DNA of 63,143 bases, filler included, from Thraustochytrium aureum (Eukaryota): the NCBI GenBank assembly GCA_012862495.1. It is 3 parts of one record of this genome, joined end to end, with 100 filler letters (N's around TTAATTAATTAA, not from the genome) between each part and the next. Parts side by side here need not be neighbours in the genome. Positions count along the whole stretch, not along the records: positions 42,503 to 63,143 come from BLSG01000146.1; 2 more parts are not named here. One strand, given 5' to 3'. This document shows, in pieces, positions 45,247 to 55,847 of this stretch (position 1 is the stretch's first letter; each line of letters begins with the position of its first letter). The notes beneath the pieces were generated by a model. It did no database searches, was not told the origin of the DNA, and saw only the letters and a program-made list of their open reading frames with translations. Made by a program: the position numbers and the translations under genes.

Positions 45247-46254
45247 TCAAAGGGGCTTTGGCGGAAGCGACGCGGGCCGCTTGCTCGCGAGCGGAACGCC
45301 GAGCCGCCGCTCGAGCTCCTGATAAATGTCAAAGTTGACGCCGCGCAGCGCAGAGACAACCGCGCGGTGCCCGTTTCGCTCCGCAAGCGCCTGCGGCGTG
45401 CAGCCGGTCAAGGTGTCGAGCGTGGCGGTCATCGCGCGGAGCGCATCCAGGTCCTTCACGCGGTCCCGCAAGTGCGCGAGGACAGCCAGAACCGTCGCGG
45501 TGTCCCCTCGCTCGCACGCCCAGTGCAAAACGGACCGGCCTGTCAGGGGGTCGAAGACCTCGTACGGCGCGTTCGCCTCGAGCAGCGCCTCGACGACTGG
45601 GGCGCACCGCGCATGCAACAGCGCGGAGCGACCCTTTACGTCCTTCAGAGCAACGTCGAGGCCCTTCAGTACCAACATCCGCACCACTTTGTCATGTCCG
45701 TAGCGCGCAGCGCCAATCAGCGCGGTCCACCCGCGCAATCTGTCCGCCGAGTTGCCGTGTGGACCGCCAGCTGGGCCCGTGAGGAGAAACTGCGCCACGC
45801 GGGCGTTGCCCCACCAGCACGCGTGCATGAGGGGGGTGCGGCCGTCCCTGTCTGGCGTGCGCGGGTCAAAGCCACGCTTTGACACGAGGTGAAACACCAG
45901 GTCGTAGTGCCCGCGCTTGCACGCCCAGTGGAGCGCGTTGCGTCCCTTGACGTCGTCGATCTGGCGGACGTCAGCGCCGCTTGTTGCCAAAACCTCTACC
46001 GCAGCGACCGACCCGCTCATGGCTGCGAGGATCAGCGGGCTCGCTTTCGCTCGAGCTTGCTTGCCTCGCAGGATATCCTTCCTGCCGCATTCTGGGTCAA
46101 CCCCACTCTCCAGCACCCGCAAAGCCCTGCCGGCGTGTCCCGCACGGCAGGCCACGCGTAGGGCTTCTTCCTGGGCGTCCCTGTCAGCTTTGCTCAATGT
46201 CTTCTTGGACGCTGTCGCGCGACGCTTGGGCGAGCTCGTTTCTTGCCGCCCCAT
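45247..46254 (-). CDS. Ankyrin-repeat protein
   Basis: GRNALHWAC, GRTPLMHAC, GWTALIGAA, GRSVLHWAC. Confidence 0.9.
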   Translation of the reverse strand: MGRQETSSPKRRATASKKTLSKADRDAQEEALRVACRAGHAGRALRVLESGVDPECGRKDILRGKQARAKASPLILAAMSGSVAAVEVLATSGADVRQIDDVKGRNALHWACKRGHYDLVFHLVSKRGFDPRTPDRDGRTPLMHACWWGNARVAQFLLTGPAGGPHGNSADRLRGWTALIGAARYGHDKVVRMLVLKGLDVALKDVKGRSALLHARCAPVVEALLEANAPYEVFDPLTGRSVLHWACERGDTATVLAVLAHLRDRVKDLDALRAMTATLDTLTGCTPQALAERNGHRAVVSALRGVNFDIYQELERRLGVPLASKRPASLPPKPL

Positions 46255-46941
46255 GATGCCTCGCGCCTTTCCTCCGTTCGTGGCCAGAGCTCCCTGGAGA
46301 GCTGGTGGCCGGAGCTACTGGTGGTCGGTCTCCTGAAGGAAATGTTTCGACTTGGGCTCGGCTGGCGCCTTGCGCTCCAGGCCCACTGAAGCGCCCCGGC
46401 GCGACGATCGCCGTAGGCCACACGCTGCAAGAGAGCTAGCNNNNNNNNNNNNNNNNNNNNNNNNNNNNNNNNNNNNNNNNNNNNNNNNNNNNNNNNNNNN
46501 NNNNNNNNNNNNNNNNNNNNNNNNNNNNNNNNNNNNNNNNNNNNNNNNNNNNNNNNNNNNNNNNNNNNNNNNNNNNNNNNNNNNNNNNNNNNNNNNNNNN
46601 NNNNNNNNNNNNNNNNNNNNNNNNNNNNNNNNNNNNNNNNNNNNNNNNNNNNNNNNNNNNNNNGAGTACCTTCGGATTGGCGTTGGGCGCGAGTGTCGGC
46701 CGCCTCGATGCTCGCCCCGCATTCTGCTGGGTTGGTCGTCAACGGCACCAACGGATATAATTGCGTTGGCTTTGGCCTTTGGCAGCGTACGCACTTGAGC
46801 TCGTTGGCGGCGCCAGGCAGACCTGCATCGCCATCGAGACGGAGAGCCCCAGCCAGTGACCAGCGCCTGCGAGAAACCCTGACGCGGTGCGTGGCGTGGA
46901 GAGAGACAGTTGACGAGACACGCGCCGTGCGAGCGGACAAG

Positions 46942-48065
46942 ATGCCGGCTTCAAACGTCGAAAAGCTGGAGGAGGCCATCCGGGCATACGTGGAAACGAA
47001 GAGCGGGTTTGGCAGCCAGCGAAGCAAAGTCAAGGTGGTGGAGCGCGCCTTTCAGGAGTTTGATCGCGACGGCAGCGGCCTCATCGATGAAGAGGAGTTT
47101 CTCGCCGCCCTTGTAGGGCTCAACATCGTTGGGTGCAACGAAGACTGTCTCGAGCTCTTCGACAAGTTTGACCGAGACATGAGCGGCGCAATCTCGTACC
47201 GCGAGTTCGCAGCCAAGCTCTTTGAGGACGAATCAAAAGAGGACTTTGAAACTTCGCGCCTGGCCCGGGGAGTCAACAGCAGCTCAAGCGCCAGTGCCGG
47301 CGAGGACGTCGTCGGCCGCGTCAAGGCCCGCGTGCTGCAACTTGCAGGCAAGAACGCCGGAATTCGCAGCGCGACCCGCATTCTGCGTCAGATGGACTCG
47401 GACGGGAGCAACACGCTCAACGCTACCGAGCTCAAAGAAGGCCTCCTCTCGTATGGCGTGGCAACGACGCCGAGCGAGATCAAAACGCTGATGGTATTTT
47501 TCGACCGCGATGGGAGCGGCAGGATCACCATCGAGGAGTTTCTGCGTGGTCTCCGTGGCAACATGTCGCGCTCCCGCCGAAAGCTTGTGCGGATGGCTTG
47601 GGAGCAACTCGTTTCGCACCTACAGCTGGACGGCCCTGGCGACTCGGTCTCGCTGGCCGAGTTGGCATCTTTCTACGACGTCTCGCAAAACCCGCAGGTC
47701 ATTGACGGTTCGCTGACCCCGGAGGAGGCGATGCGCCACTTTATGGCGCACTGGGACAAGAACCACGACGACCACGTGGACTGGAAGGAGTTTCTCGACT
47801 ACTACCGCGACCTCTCGGCGGGCATTGAGCGTGACGACTACTTTGAGCTCGTGATGCGCAACGCCTGGCACCTTTCTGGTGGCGACGGCTGGTCCGAGAA
47901 CACGGCCAACATTCGTGTGCTCGTCACGTTTCTTGACGGCGAGCAGCGCGTCGTGAGCTGAAGAACGACTTTGGCGTCTCGCGCAGCGCGCACAAGTCCG
48001 AGATTATGCGGTTGCTCCTCCGCCAGGGCGTCAAGGACATCTCGGACGTTTCCCTCGCCAACTAG
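46942..48065 (+). CDS. Calcyphosin-like multi-EF-hand protein (frameshift at ~47955)
   Basis: EF loops DRDGSGLID, DRDMSGAIS, DSDGSNTLN, DRDGSGRIT, DKNHDDHVD; EFLDYYRDLSAGIERDDYFELVMRNAW. Adding one G at gtg|ag extends the frame VVELKNDFG...SLAN* to 48065. Confidence 0.85.
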
Positions 48066-48534
48066 GAGATCTCCCGTTCGCTTTCGCTCGAGCAAGTTTG
48101 TGTCTTTACGGAGCAAGCTGCAAAGGCAGAGCGGAGGCCATGTGGTCCAACTCTGCTTCGCGTGGGATGCTCAGTCAACAAACTCTCCAACAACTAAAGA
48201 AAAGGTTCCGTCCACTTGCGCAAACCATCCTCGTCCAGCGGGCGCTCGCGAGCGCGCTCAGGCGCCTCTGTTGCTCGGGGCACGAGCGCTGCCCTCGCAC
48301 CGGCCCTCGGTGGCCGACGCGTCGCGCTCTCGAGCCGCAAACAAAGGTCTCGATCGAGCTAACAAGCTCGTCGGCTGCGGGAAAGGCTTCGCGAGGGGTC
48401 CATGGATTGGTTGAAAAGATTGCTACTCGAAGATTGCTACTGGAAGAGGCGAGAGCGAGAACGAAGAGGACAGAACGGAAGCCCAAACGCGGGCCCGCGG
48501 CCTCTGATTTGGAAGCGTCGTGTTCAGTGTGCCC

Positions 48535-49464
48535 TCAGAGGATCGCACAGTCGGCCTTCTCTTCGGTCATGCCAACCTCCCCGCGCGTAGGTTTGTAGCC
48601 CGGCACTTGAACGAGGTCGGCAAACTCAAGCCAGCGAAAGACTTCCACGTGCCCACCGCTCTGGCCGTGCGAGACGTATTCTTCCACGCGGCAGAGAAAA
48701 AGGCCCACATCCTTCACTGCAAAGCGTGGCTGGTGCTCCAGGACGATGTTGTCCAGTTCGTTCGTCTTCCAGCCGCCAAGCGCGCCGCCCGGCGACGAGA
48801 CTATCGCCTCCATCAGCGCGTCGTACTCGGCGCGAGCACCACGGGCATCGATCACCGCAGCAACAGCGTCGGGAACCTCGCGCTCAAGGCGCTTGCGCCC
48901 CGCCGTCTTGATCTTCTCATATGCAACGCCCTTGGGCAGCTTGATCTTGCTGTACAGCGTGCTCAGCGTTTCGCCGCCCTCCAGCCGCGACACGTCATAA
49001 GGGCTCACGTACCCAGGCGGGGCGGCCGCGAGATCCACAAACTCGAGCCAGCAGCGCGACCCGCCGCGGTGCTTGGAGACCCGGCAGGCTGAGACGCCCA
49101 AGCCCGACTCCTCGAAGAGCGGCGCAAAGCGCGACACGACCTCGAGCAGCTGCTCGCTGCGCCACACGCCGCGCCAGTTTAGCACCTTGCGGCGTGAGGC
49201 CTTGAGTGCAGCCACCATGGTGTCGTAGACCTTGCGCGACCCTGTGCGCTCGAGCAGCGCCGCCACCTCGGCGGGGCAAGTGGACTCCAGAAGCTTGAGC
49301 GAATACAGCTCCTCGCCGGCGGCAAACGGAGGCAGCGTCACGGCGTCGGCCGTTGACCCGAACAGCACCTGGCCGCCTTCGCCGTTGGCAGCGACTGCGG
49401 CGCTGGTCTCATCAGTGGGCGCTTCCGCAGGCGGAGCAGCTGGGGCAGCAGCAGCGTCGATCAT
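48535..49464 (-). CDS. Hypothetical protein with an internally duplicated domain and C-terminal CaaX (CAIL)
   Basis: Two similar blocks (F..GL..CRV...WLEFVDL..P.Y and F..VGL..CRV...WLEFADL..P.Y); ends ADCAIL*. Confidence 0.7.
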   Translation of the reverse strand: MIDAAAAPAAPPAEAPTDETSAAVAANGEGGQVLFGSTADAVTLPPFAAGEELYSLKLLESTCPAEVAALLERTGSRKVYDTMVAALKASRRKVLNWRGVWRSEQLLEVVSRFAPLFEESGLGVSACRVSKHRGGSRCWLEFVDLAAAPPGYVSPYDVSRLEGGETLSTLYSKIKLPKGVAYEKIKTAGRKRLEREVPDAVAAVIDARGARAEYDALMEAIVSSPGGALGGWKTNELDNIVLEHQPRFAVKDVGLFLCRVEEYVSHGQSGGHVEVFRWLEFADLVQVPGYKPTRGEVGMTEEKADCAIL

Positions 49465-50964
49465 TTTCGCGTCCTGCAGCAGGTCCCACTTGCTCGCAGT
49501 CGTGGAGTACCAGGTCTGCTGCACGCCGCGCAGGGAGGCTGTGGGGAAAGGGAGCCTTCCTAGCACCGCTCTGCTGCCCCTCCCTTGCCGATCGAGTTAT
49601 GGGCTTGGTCGCCGAGTTGCGGGTCTGTAGGTACCCTCCGCGTGAATGCTACAAACAAAGGCCCGCGTCTGCCGGGGTGGGGAAAAGTCGTCCCATTTTC
49701 GTGCAATCGTGCTCTCCAACTGCTCCGAGCTCGCCTCGTCCGATGCGCGGCTCTGGTGGCTCTTTCCGGTGCCCGTTGTAAGCGCAGTCAAGGTGCAGTA
49801 GAGTAGGGCGAGGGAGTAGAGCTGGCGTGTGACACACCTGAAGCTGACAGCTTCTTTGGATCCCGGACCGCCTGCGCAGCTGCACGGTACTCCTAAGTAC
49901 TCTACAAGCAAGTGCTTGATGGTGAATTGACGAGTCATGACACGACTGTCTCGTCACGTTTTGTGCCTGCGGTCTGGTCGCGACGAGTGGGGCATCTCTG
50001 CACCTGTATCGACGTCGCTTGCTTGCCAGGCGCTACCACACTGCGACCCGAGCCGCTTGAGCGAAGACTTGCTGTTCCGTAATGCCAAGAGGCCGTGATC
50101 CGGAATAGGCGCTCAAGGTGCTCAGTGGCGGGAGCACTTGCTGCGCAACGGACGCACCACCGATGCACGCCGCTCCCTCGCGCGCAGCACACTCAAGTTG
50201 GCTCAACAGCCACTACCGGTACTTGCTCTCTACTAGAGCTAGCTAGAGTACCTGTTGCTTTGCTTACAACCGATCGATCACCTTCGAGCAACCTGCGCGT
50301 CTCCTGCTTGCAAGANNNNNNNNNNNNNNNNNNNNNNNNNNNNNNNNNNNNNNNNNNNNNNNNNNNNNNNNNNNNNNNNNNNNNNNNNNNNNNNNNNNNN
50401 NNNNNNTTCGCCACGCCGCAGCAGGACAGCAGCCGCAGAGGACCGTTACCGGCCAGCCAACCCCTCTGCCTGCTCGGCGAAACGGGCGTCGCGGCGTTGG
50501 GTGTGGAGCAGCAGCAGCAGCAGCAGGAGCAGCAGCATGAGCAGGAGCAGCGGGAGCAGCAGGGCAAAGGCGCAAGAAACAAGGAAGGAAGGCCCCTGCA
50601 TGACGAGCTCAGGCATCGAAGAAAGCGCCGCTTGGCGCATGGCGTTGGAGAGGCCGGGTCCGGCGCGGCGCTCTGCGGCCAGAGAGGCTGGCAGGCTCGC
50701 GAGAGGCCGACCTTCTCCGACACTCTTCAAGTTGATCGAGTCTTGTCCGGCCTGCAAGCAAGGCCCAACAGTCATTCGTTCGTTGTCTCAACGGCTGGCC
50801 GATGATCGAGCGAGCGAGCACAAGACAGCAACTTGAAGAAGGGTTTGGCAGGCAGGCAAGGCAGGCAGTCACCGAAGCGCACGGGAGCAACACGAGGCGA
50901 GCGAGTCGGACGTGCGGCCGGTAGCAGGAGCGAGAGAAGGCAGGGCGAGCGAGACAGAGGCAAG

Positions 50965-52125
50965 ATGGGCGCCGGCGGAAGCGTGGAGAAGCCGCTGGAG
51001 GAGGTCAAGTCGGAGTTTCTTGCCAAGCTCGAGGAGGTGCGCAGCAACTACCCGAACAACCTGTGCGCCAAGCACCTGACGAAGGAGTACTTTGAGTCGC
51101 TGTCGGAGGATGACCAGAAGGTGCTGTACCAGTGCTGCATCACCGGCATCGACAACCCCGACTCGGGCCTCGGCTGCTACGCGATGAAGCCCTCAGACTA
51201 CGAGACCTTCAAGCCCTTCTTCGACAAGGTGATCCGCGAGTACCACGGCGACGAGAGCGGCGAGAAAAAGCACGAGACCAACTGGGACATCTCCGAGGTC
51301 GGCGAGGGCGGCGTGCTCGACGTGACCGCACTCGGCCTCGAAGAGCTCTCCATGCGCGTCCGCGTCGGCCGCAACCTCAAGTGCTACAACCTTCCTGGGC
51401 TCATGGACAAGGAGGAGCGCATCAAGTTTGAGCAGACCATGCTCGAGGCGTTCAAGAAGCTCCAGGAAAACCCTCAGTACGGCGGCACCGTCTACTCGCT
51501 GACCCCGGACTTTGGCGAGGGCGTCGAAAACCCCAACAAAATCTCGGACGAAAAGTACCAGGAGCTCGTAGACGCGCACATCATGTTCAAGGACATGGAC
51601 GCCGACCCGTACCTCAAGAGCGCAGGCATCTCGTCCGACTGGCCGTACGGGCGCGGTTGCTACGTCTCCGAGGATGGCCAGTTCATCATCTGGTTTGGCG
51701 AGGAGGACCAGCTGCGCATCATGTGCATGAAGAACGGCACCAAGCTGAACGAGGTCTTTGACCGCCTCAACGAGGGCCTCAAGACCATCGAGTCCATCGA
51801 GGGCATCGAGTTCGCAACAAACGAAGACTACGGCTACGTCACCTCGTGCCCTTCCAACCTCGGCACCGGCATGCGCGCCTCGGTGCACATCAAGATCCCC
51901 AAACTGACTGCCGACAAGACGGATGTCAAGGCCAAGGAGATCTGCGGCCCGCTTGGCCTCTCCGTGCGCGGTACGGGTGGCGAGCACACCCCGATCGGCG
52001 ACGACGGCACCGTCGACATCTCCCCGCGCGCCCGCCTCTTCATCCAGGAGCGCGAGATCATCGCCTTCCTCTTTGACGGCATTTCCAAGCTTATGGCCGC
52101 CGAGAACGCTTGCGAGAGCGCCTAG
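50965..52125 (+). CDS. Phosphagen (arginine-type ATP:guanido) kinase with N-terminal MGAGGS
   Basis: DSGLGCYA, SMRVRVGRN, WPYGRG, EEDQLR, CPSNLGTGMRASVH, RGTGGEH; strong codon bias. Confidence 0.93.
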   Translation: MGAGGSVEKPLEEVKSEFLAKLEEVRSNYPNNLCAKHLTKEYFESLSEDDQKVLYQCCITGIDNPDSGLGCYAMKPSDYETFKPFFDKVIREYHGDESGEKKHETNWDISEVGEGGVLDVTALGLEELSMRVRVGRNLKCYNLPGLMDKEERIKFEQTMLEAFKKLQENPQYGGTVYSLTPDFGEGVENPNKISDEKYQELVDAHIMFKDMDADPYLKSAGISSDWPYGRGCYVSEDGQFIIWFGEEDQLRIMCMKNGTKLNEVFDRLNEGLKTIESIEGIEFATNEDYGYVTSCPSNLGTGMRASVHIKIPKLTADKTDVKAKEICGPLGLSVRGTGGEHTPIGDDGTVDISPRARLFIQEREIIAFLFDGISKLMAAENACESA

Positions 52126-52876
52126 GGCCTTTTGGCACGCGAGTCTCGTTTCGATTCGGCCGCGGTGTTTTGACCTGTGCAAAGTTTCGGTGGGTCCATG
52201 CCGGCCCTCCACAACGTCGCCTGCCGAGCCCGCGTTTGGCATGTCGTTACCGCTGCTTCCCAACCTTCCAAAACTACAAAAGAACACAATAGGTAGGGTA
52301 CTCTACTTTCGCGCACGCATCCATCCTTGCCGCGCCGATTCCGCGCCATTCTTGTGGCGCAGAGCTGCGGCTGGGTCCTGATAACTAGTACTCTACGTTG
52401 AGTAGTCTCCCAGGGTTGGCCCATGGGGAGCTAGCTCGCTATGGATGCTGCCCTGGCGTCGCATCAGCTGGCCGACCGGCGCTGTACGGCGCGCCTCGAA
52501 TACATTCATCCGACTCCATTTTCTTCTAAAGTTGACCAGCAGCCGCAACGTGAAGGAGCTCGCTCGCCATCAATCGACAACCAGCTGCCGAGGTTGCCCT
52601 CCGCACAGCGCCCAGCGCCCGCGCCCAGGCGCAGCCAGGCATCGATGACGAGGAAGCAAGGATACGATACGAGTTGGACTCACTTCTTACCACATCGGTG
52701 AGCTAGCGCTGGCCTGCTTGGCCACAGACCACCTTCGGCGAGGCGCTCGAGGCAGTCGGCACTCGGGCACGCCAGCACAGACAGAGCCCAGGGACCAGCA
52801 GCCGCCAAACCCAGGCGGGTCGCCTCGGCGCGCTCCCTGAGCTGCTGGCAGGCGCAGTGGGGATCGGGTGCCCGCC

Positions 52877-55725
52877 ATGTCGGTCTGGCAGCTCCCGAGC
52901 AACGTGCAGGCCTGCCTCTACGACGTCGAGCAAGCCGCCAGAGACGCGGCGAGGGCTGCGGGGGGCGGCGGCGACGCTGGAGATGCCGACGGGGCGAGCG
53001 GCAAGACGGCGCCCGGGCAGAGAGAGCCGCTGAAGAGCCCGCTCGAGTTCTGGGCGTTCAAGCAGACGGTGACCGCAGAAGCTGGGCCAGACCTGGACGG
53101 CGCAGCGGAGGAGGAGGAGACGCTCCTGCGCAACGCAGACCGAGACCTCTCCGACAGCGTGGAGCGGCTCGGCGCCCTCGCTGGTCTCTGCGACAGCGTC
53201 GTGCGCAACATCTGCAAGGGCAAGTTGCTCTTGGACGACCTCGAAGCCAAGCACCGCACGGTCTCTGAAAAGACGAGCTCGCTGCACGAAAAGTGCAAAA
53301 AGCTCCTCGAGGAGCAGACGCGCTTCGAGAAGATCGTGCAAGACATCGAGACGCCGCTCGAGTTCCTGCGGGAATTGGACCGCATCGGCCCGCTCCTGGG
53401 CCTTCCACTACCGAGCCGGCTTGCCACAGTGGACAGGTCGGGCACAGCCGAAGCCCTCAAGGGCCGCGTCAGCGGTTCGGGCGACGTGCGCGCGCTCCAC
53501 CCAGACTCGCCAGAGTTTTTCGGCGTGCTGCAGCGCCTGGACGAGTGCGTCGCCTACGTGGAAGAGCACCCCGAATACAAAGACTATGACGAGTACTCCG
53601 CCAAGTTCCAGCAGCTCCACTTGCGCGGCTTGAGCTTGGTGCGAAACCTCATCGTAGACGCGCTGCGGGCCACGGCGAGCTCTGCGCGCGCTGGCATTGA
53701 GGCCAAGTTCGAGGGGGCGCGCCGCGCTAGCGTAGGCCCGACGTCGCGCCCAGACCAGAGCCGCGGGGCCGCTGTGGACGCCGAGGTGAACGCGCTGCTC
53801 TTCATCCGGTTCCGCGCCCTCGCCAAGCAGCTCCGGGGCTACATGAACGAGCTCGAGACCCGGGTGCAGCAGAAAGACGCCGCCGACCTCTACTACTCGT
53901 GCCACACTGCGTACTGCGGCATGCGGATCGACCTCCTCAAAAGCACCGTGCCTCGAGCGCGAGAACTGTCGCTCCAAGGCAGCCTGCTGCAGACCCTTCG
54001 GGTGGCCTGCCCATACCTTTTGACNNNNNNNNNNNNNNNNNNNNNNNNNNNNNNNNNNNNNNNNNNNNNNNNNNNNNNNNNNNNNNNNNNNNNNNNNNNN
54101 NNNNNNNNNNNNNNNNNNNNNNNNNNNNNNNNNNNNNNNNNNNNNNNNNNNNNNNNNNNNNNNNNNNNNNNNNNNNNNNNNNNNNNNNNNNNNNNNNNNN
54201 NNNNNNNNNNNNNNNNNNNNNNNNNNNNNNNNNNNNNNNNNNNNNNNNNNNTTCAAGCTCTTTCACGAGTTTTTCAACTATGACGCCTGCAGCGCCCTCA
54301 AGAGCGGCGCCGGAGGCGGCGGGCTCGGAGGGACTCGAACTCGTGCCTGCAACTGTGCGCGGCGCGAGCCTGACGCGGACTCAGTCGGGTTCGACGCTCG
54401 GAACCCTTGGAGCCGACACGACAACTGCGCGTCGCGACGCCTTCATGGACATGATGGTCGATCTGTGCGGCGCCCTGTACGACCTTGTGCGACCGCTGGT
54501 GGTTAAGCTGGCCGACTTGCGCACGCTCTGCGAAGCGGTGCGCACAATTGAGGGCGACATCATTGAGGGCTACGCGGAGATTCTCGGCGAGTCTGGCCGC
54601 GCCCTGCACGTGGTCCTTGTCCAGATCCTGCAGGACGTCCAAGAGCGGCTCATCTACTCGACGAGCCAGTTTATTGCAGACAACATCGCGGGCTTTGAGC
54701 CAGGGGCCAGCGACCTGGACTATCCGAAAATTCTGCAAGACCTTCAAGACGAGGCGGCGGCCGCCCAACGGCAGGAGACGCAGCAGCAAATCGTGGCCGC
54801 TGACGCCGGGTCGGCTACCGCGGCGCCGCGGCGCTCCGGTATCTTGGCCGGCTGCTACCCGTCTCTTGACAACACGCTGCAGTGCATGATCTGGGTCTAC
54901 CGGTGCGTCGAACCGCAGACGTTCGAGGAACTTGCGCAAGAGGCCGTCGTCTCGTGCGCGGCCTCGCTGCAAGAGGCAGCGAAGCGCATAGCAGTGAAAT
55001 CGCGCATCGACAGTGACCTGTTTTTCATCAAGCACCTGCTCATGCTGCGCGAGCAGATCAGCCCGTTCAACACGCAGCTGACAATCAAACAGGTCTCGCT
55101 CGATTTCTCCTCGACGGCGGCGGCGCTGGGCGACTTTCTGGCCCACACACGCAACATCTTCTCGCGCCGCAACAACGCGATTGTCGACCTTGTAGCGCAC
55201 GGCGTGCCCACGATCGCGGAGAGCGAGATCGACTGCAAGCGGGACCTAGAGTCGCAACTCAAGCAGGCTTGCGAGAACTTTATCATTCGCACGTACGAGC
55301 AGGCGCTCGCGGCGCTCATCGCGTTTCTCCAGCGCGCCTCCAAGCCGCTTCCCAGCGACGCGCCGGCCTTTCACGAGCAGGACTTTGCCCACCCCGACAA
55401 GGTGCAAGCCATGCTGGCGCAGTGCCAGCAGAGCTTGCCCGAGTTTCTGACCATGATCAGGTCGCGCATGTCGCTCTACCTGGCCAACGCGCAGACGGAG
55501 GCGATCCTGGCCAACCCGATCAAGGCCAACATCTTCGCAGCGCTCACGCAGATGACCAACTGCGTCGAGGCCAACTATGAGCAAGAGATGGCTGCCCCCA
55601 TGCTGCGCGCCCTTGGCGCGCTGCGGACCACAATCTCGCAGCTCGACCAGGCCCAGCGCGCGCAGCCGCAGCCGCGCGCGCTCGAGGACGCCGCAACTAG
55701 TGACGCGGCAGACCCTCAAGACTAG
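52877..55725 (+). CDS. COG3: Conserved oligomeric Golgi complex subunit 3 (Sec34), spans a gap
   Basis: VSEKTSSLHEKCKKLLEEQ, LQRLDECVAYVEEHPEYKD, LYDLVRP, DVQERLIY, DLDYPKIL, LFFIKHLLMLREQISPF, LKQACENFI. Confidence 0.9.
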
Positions 55726-55847
55726 CCAGCCCCGTGCACCTGCGCGGCAGAGGCGGTCCGACAGACAACTTTGTGTGAGCATGACCTTTCCTCTTGTTAC
55801 TACATGCGAAACGAGCCGCCGACGCGCTTGCCTCGCGGGCGCACCAA

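Noticed and set aside
50446..50775. Leu-rich signal-peptide-like ORF
   Set aside because: Hydrophobic run derives from a (CAG)n microsatellite; no other support
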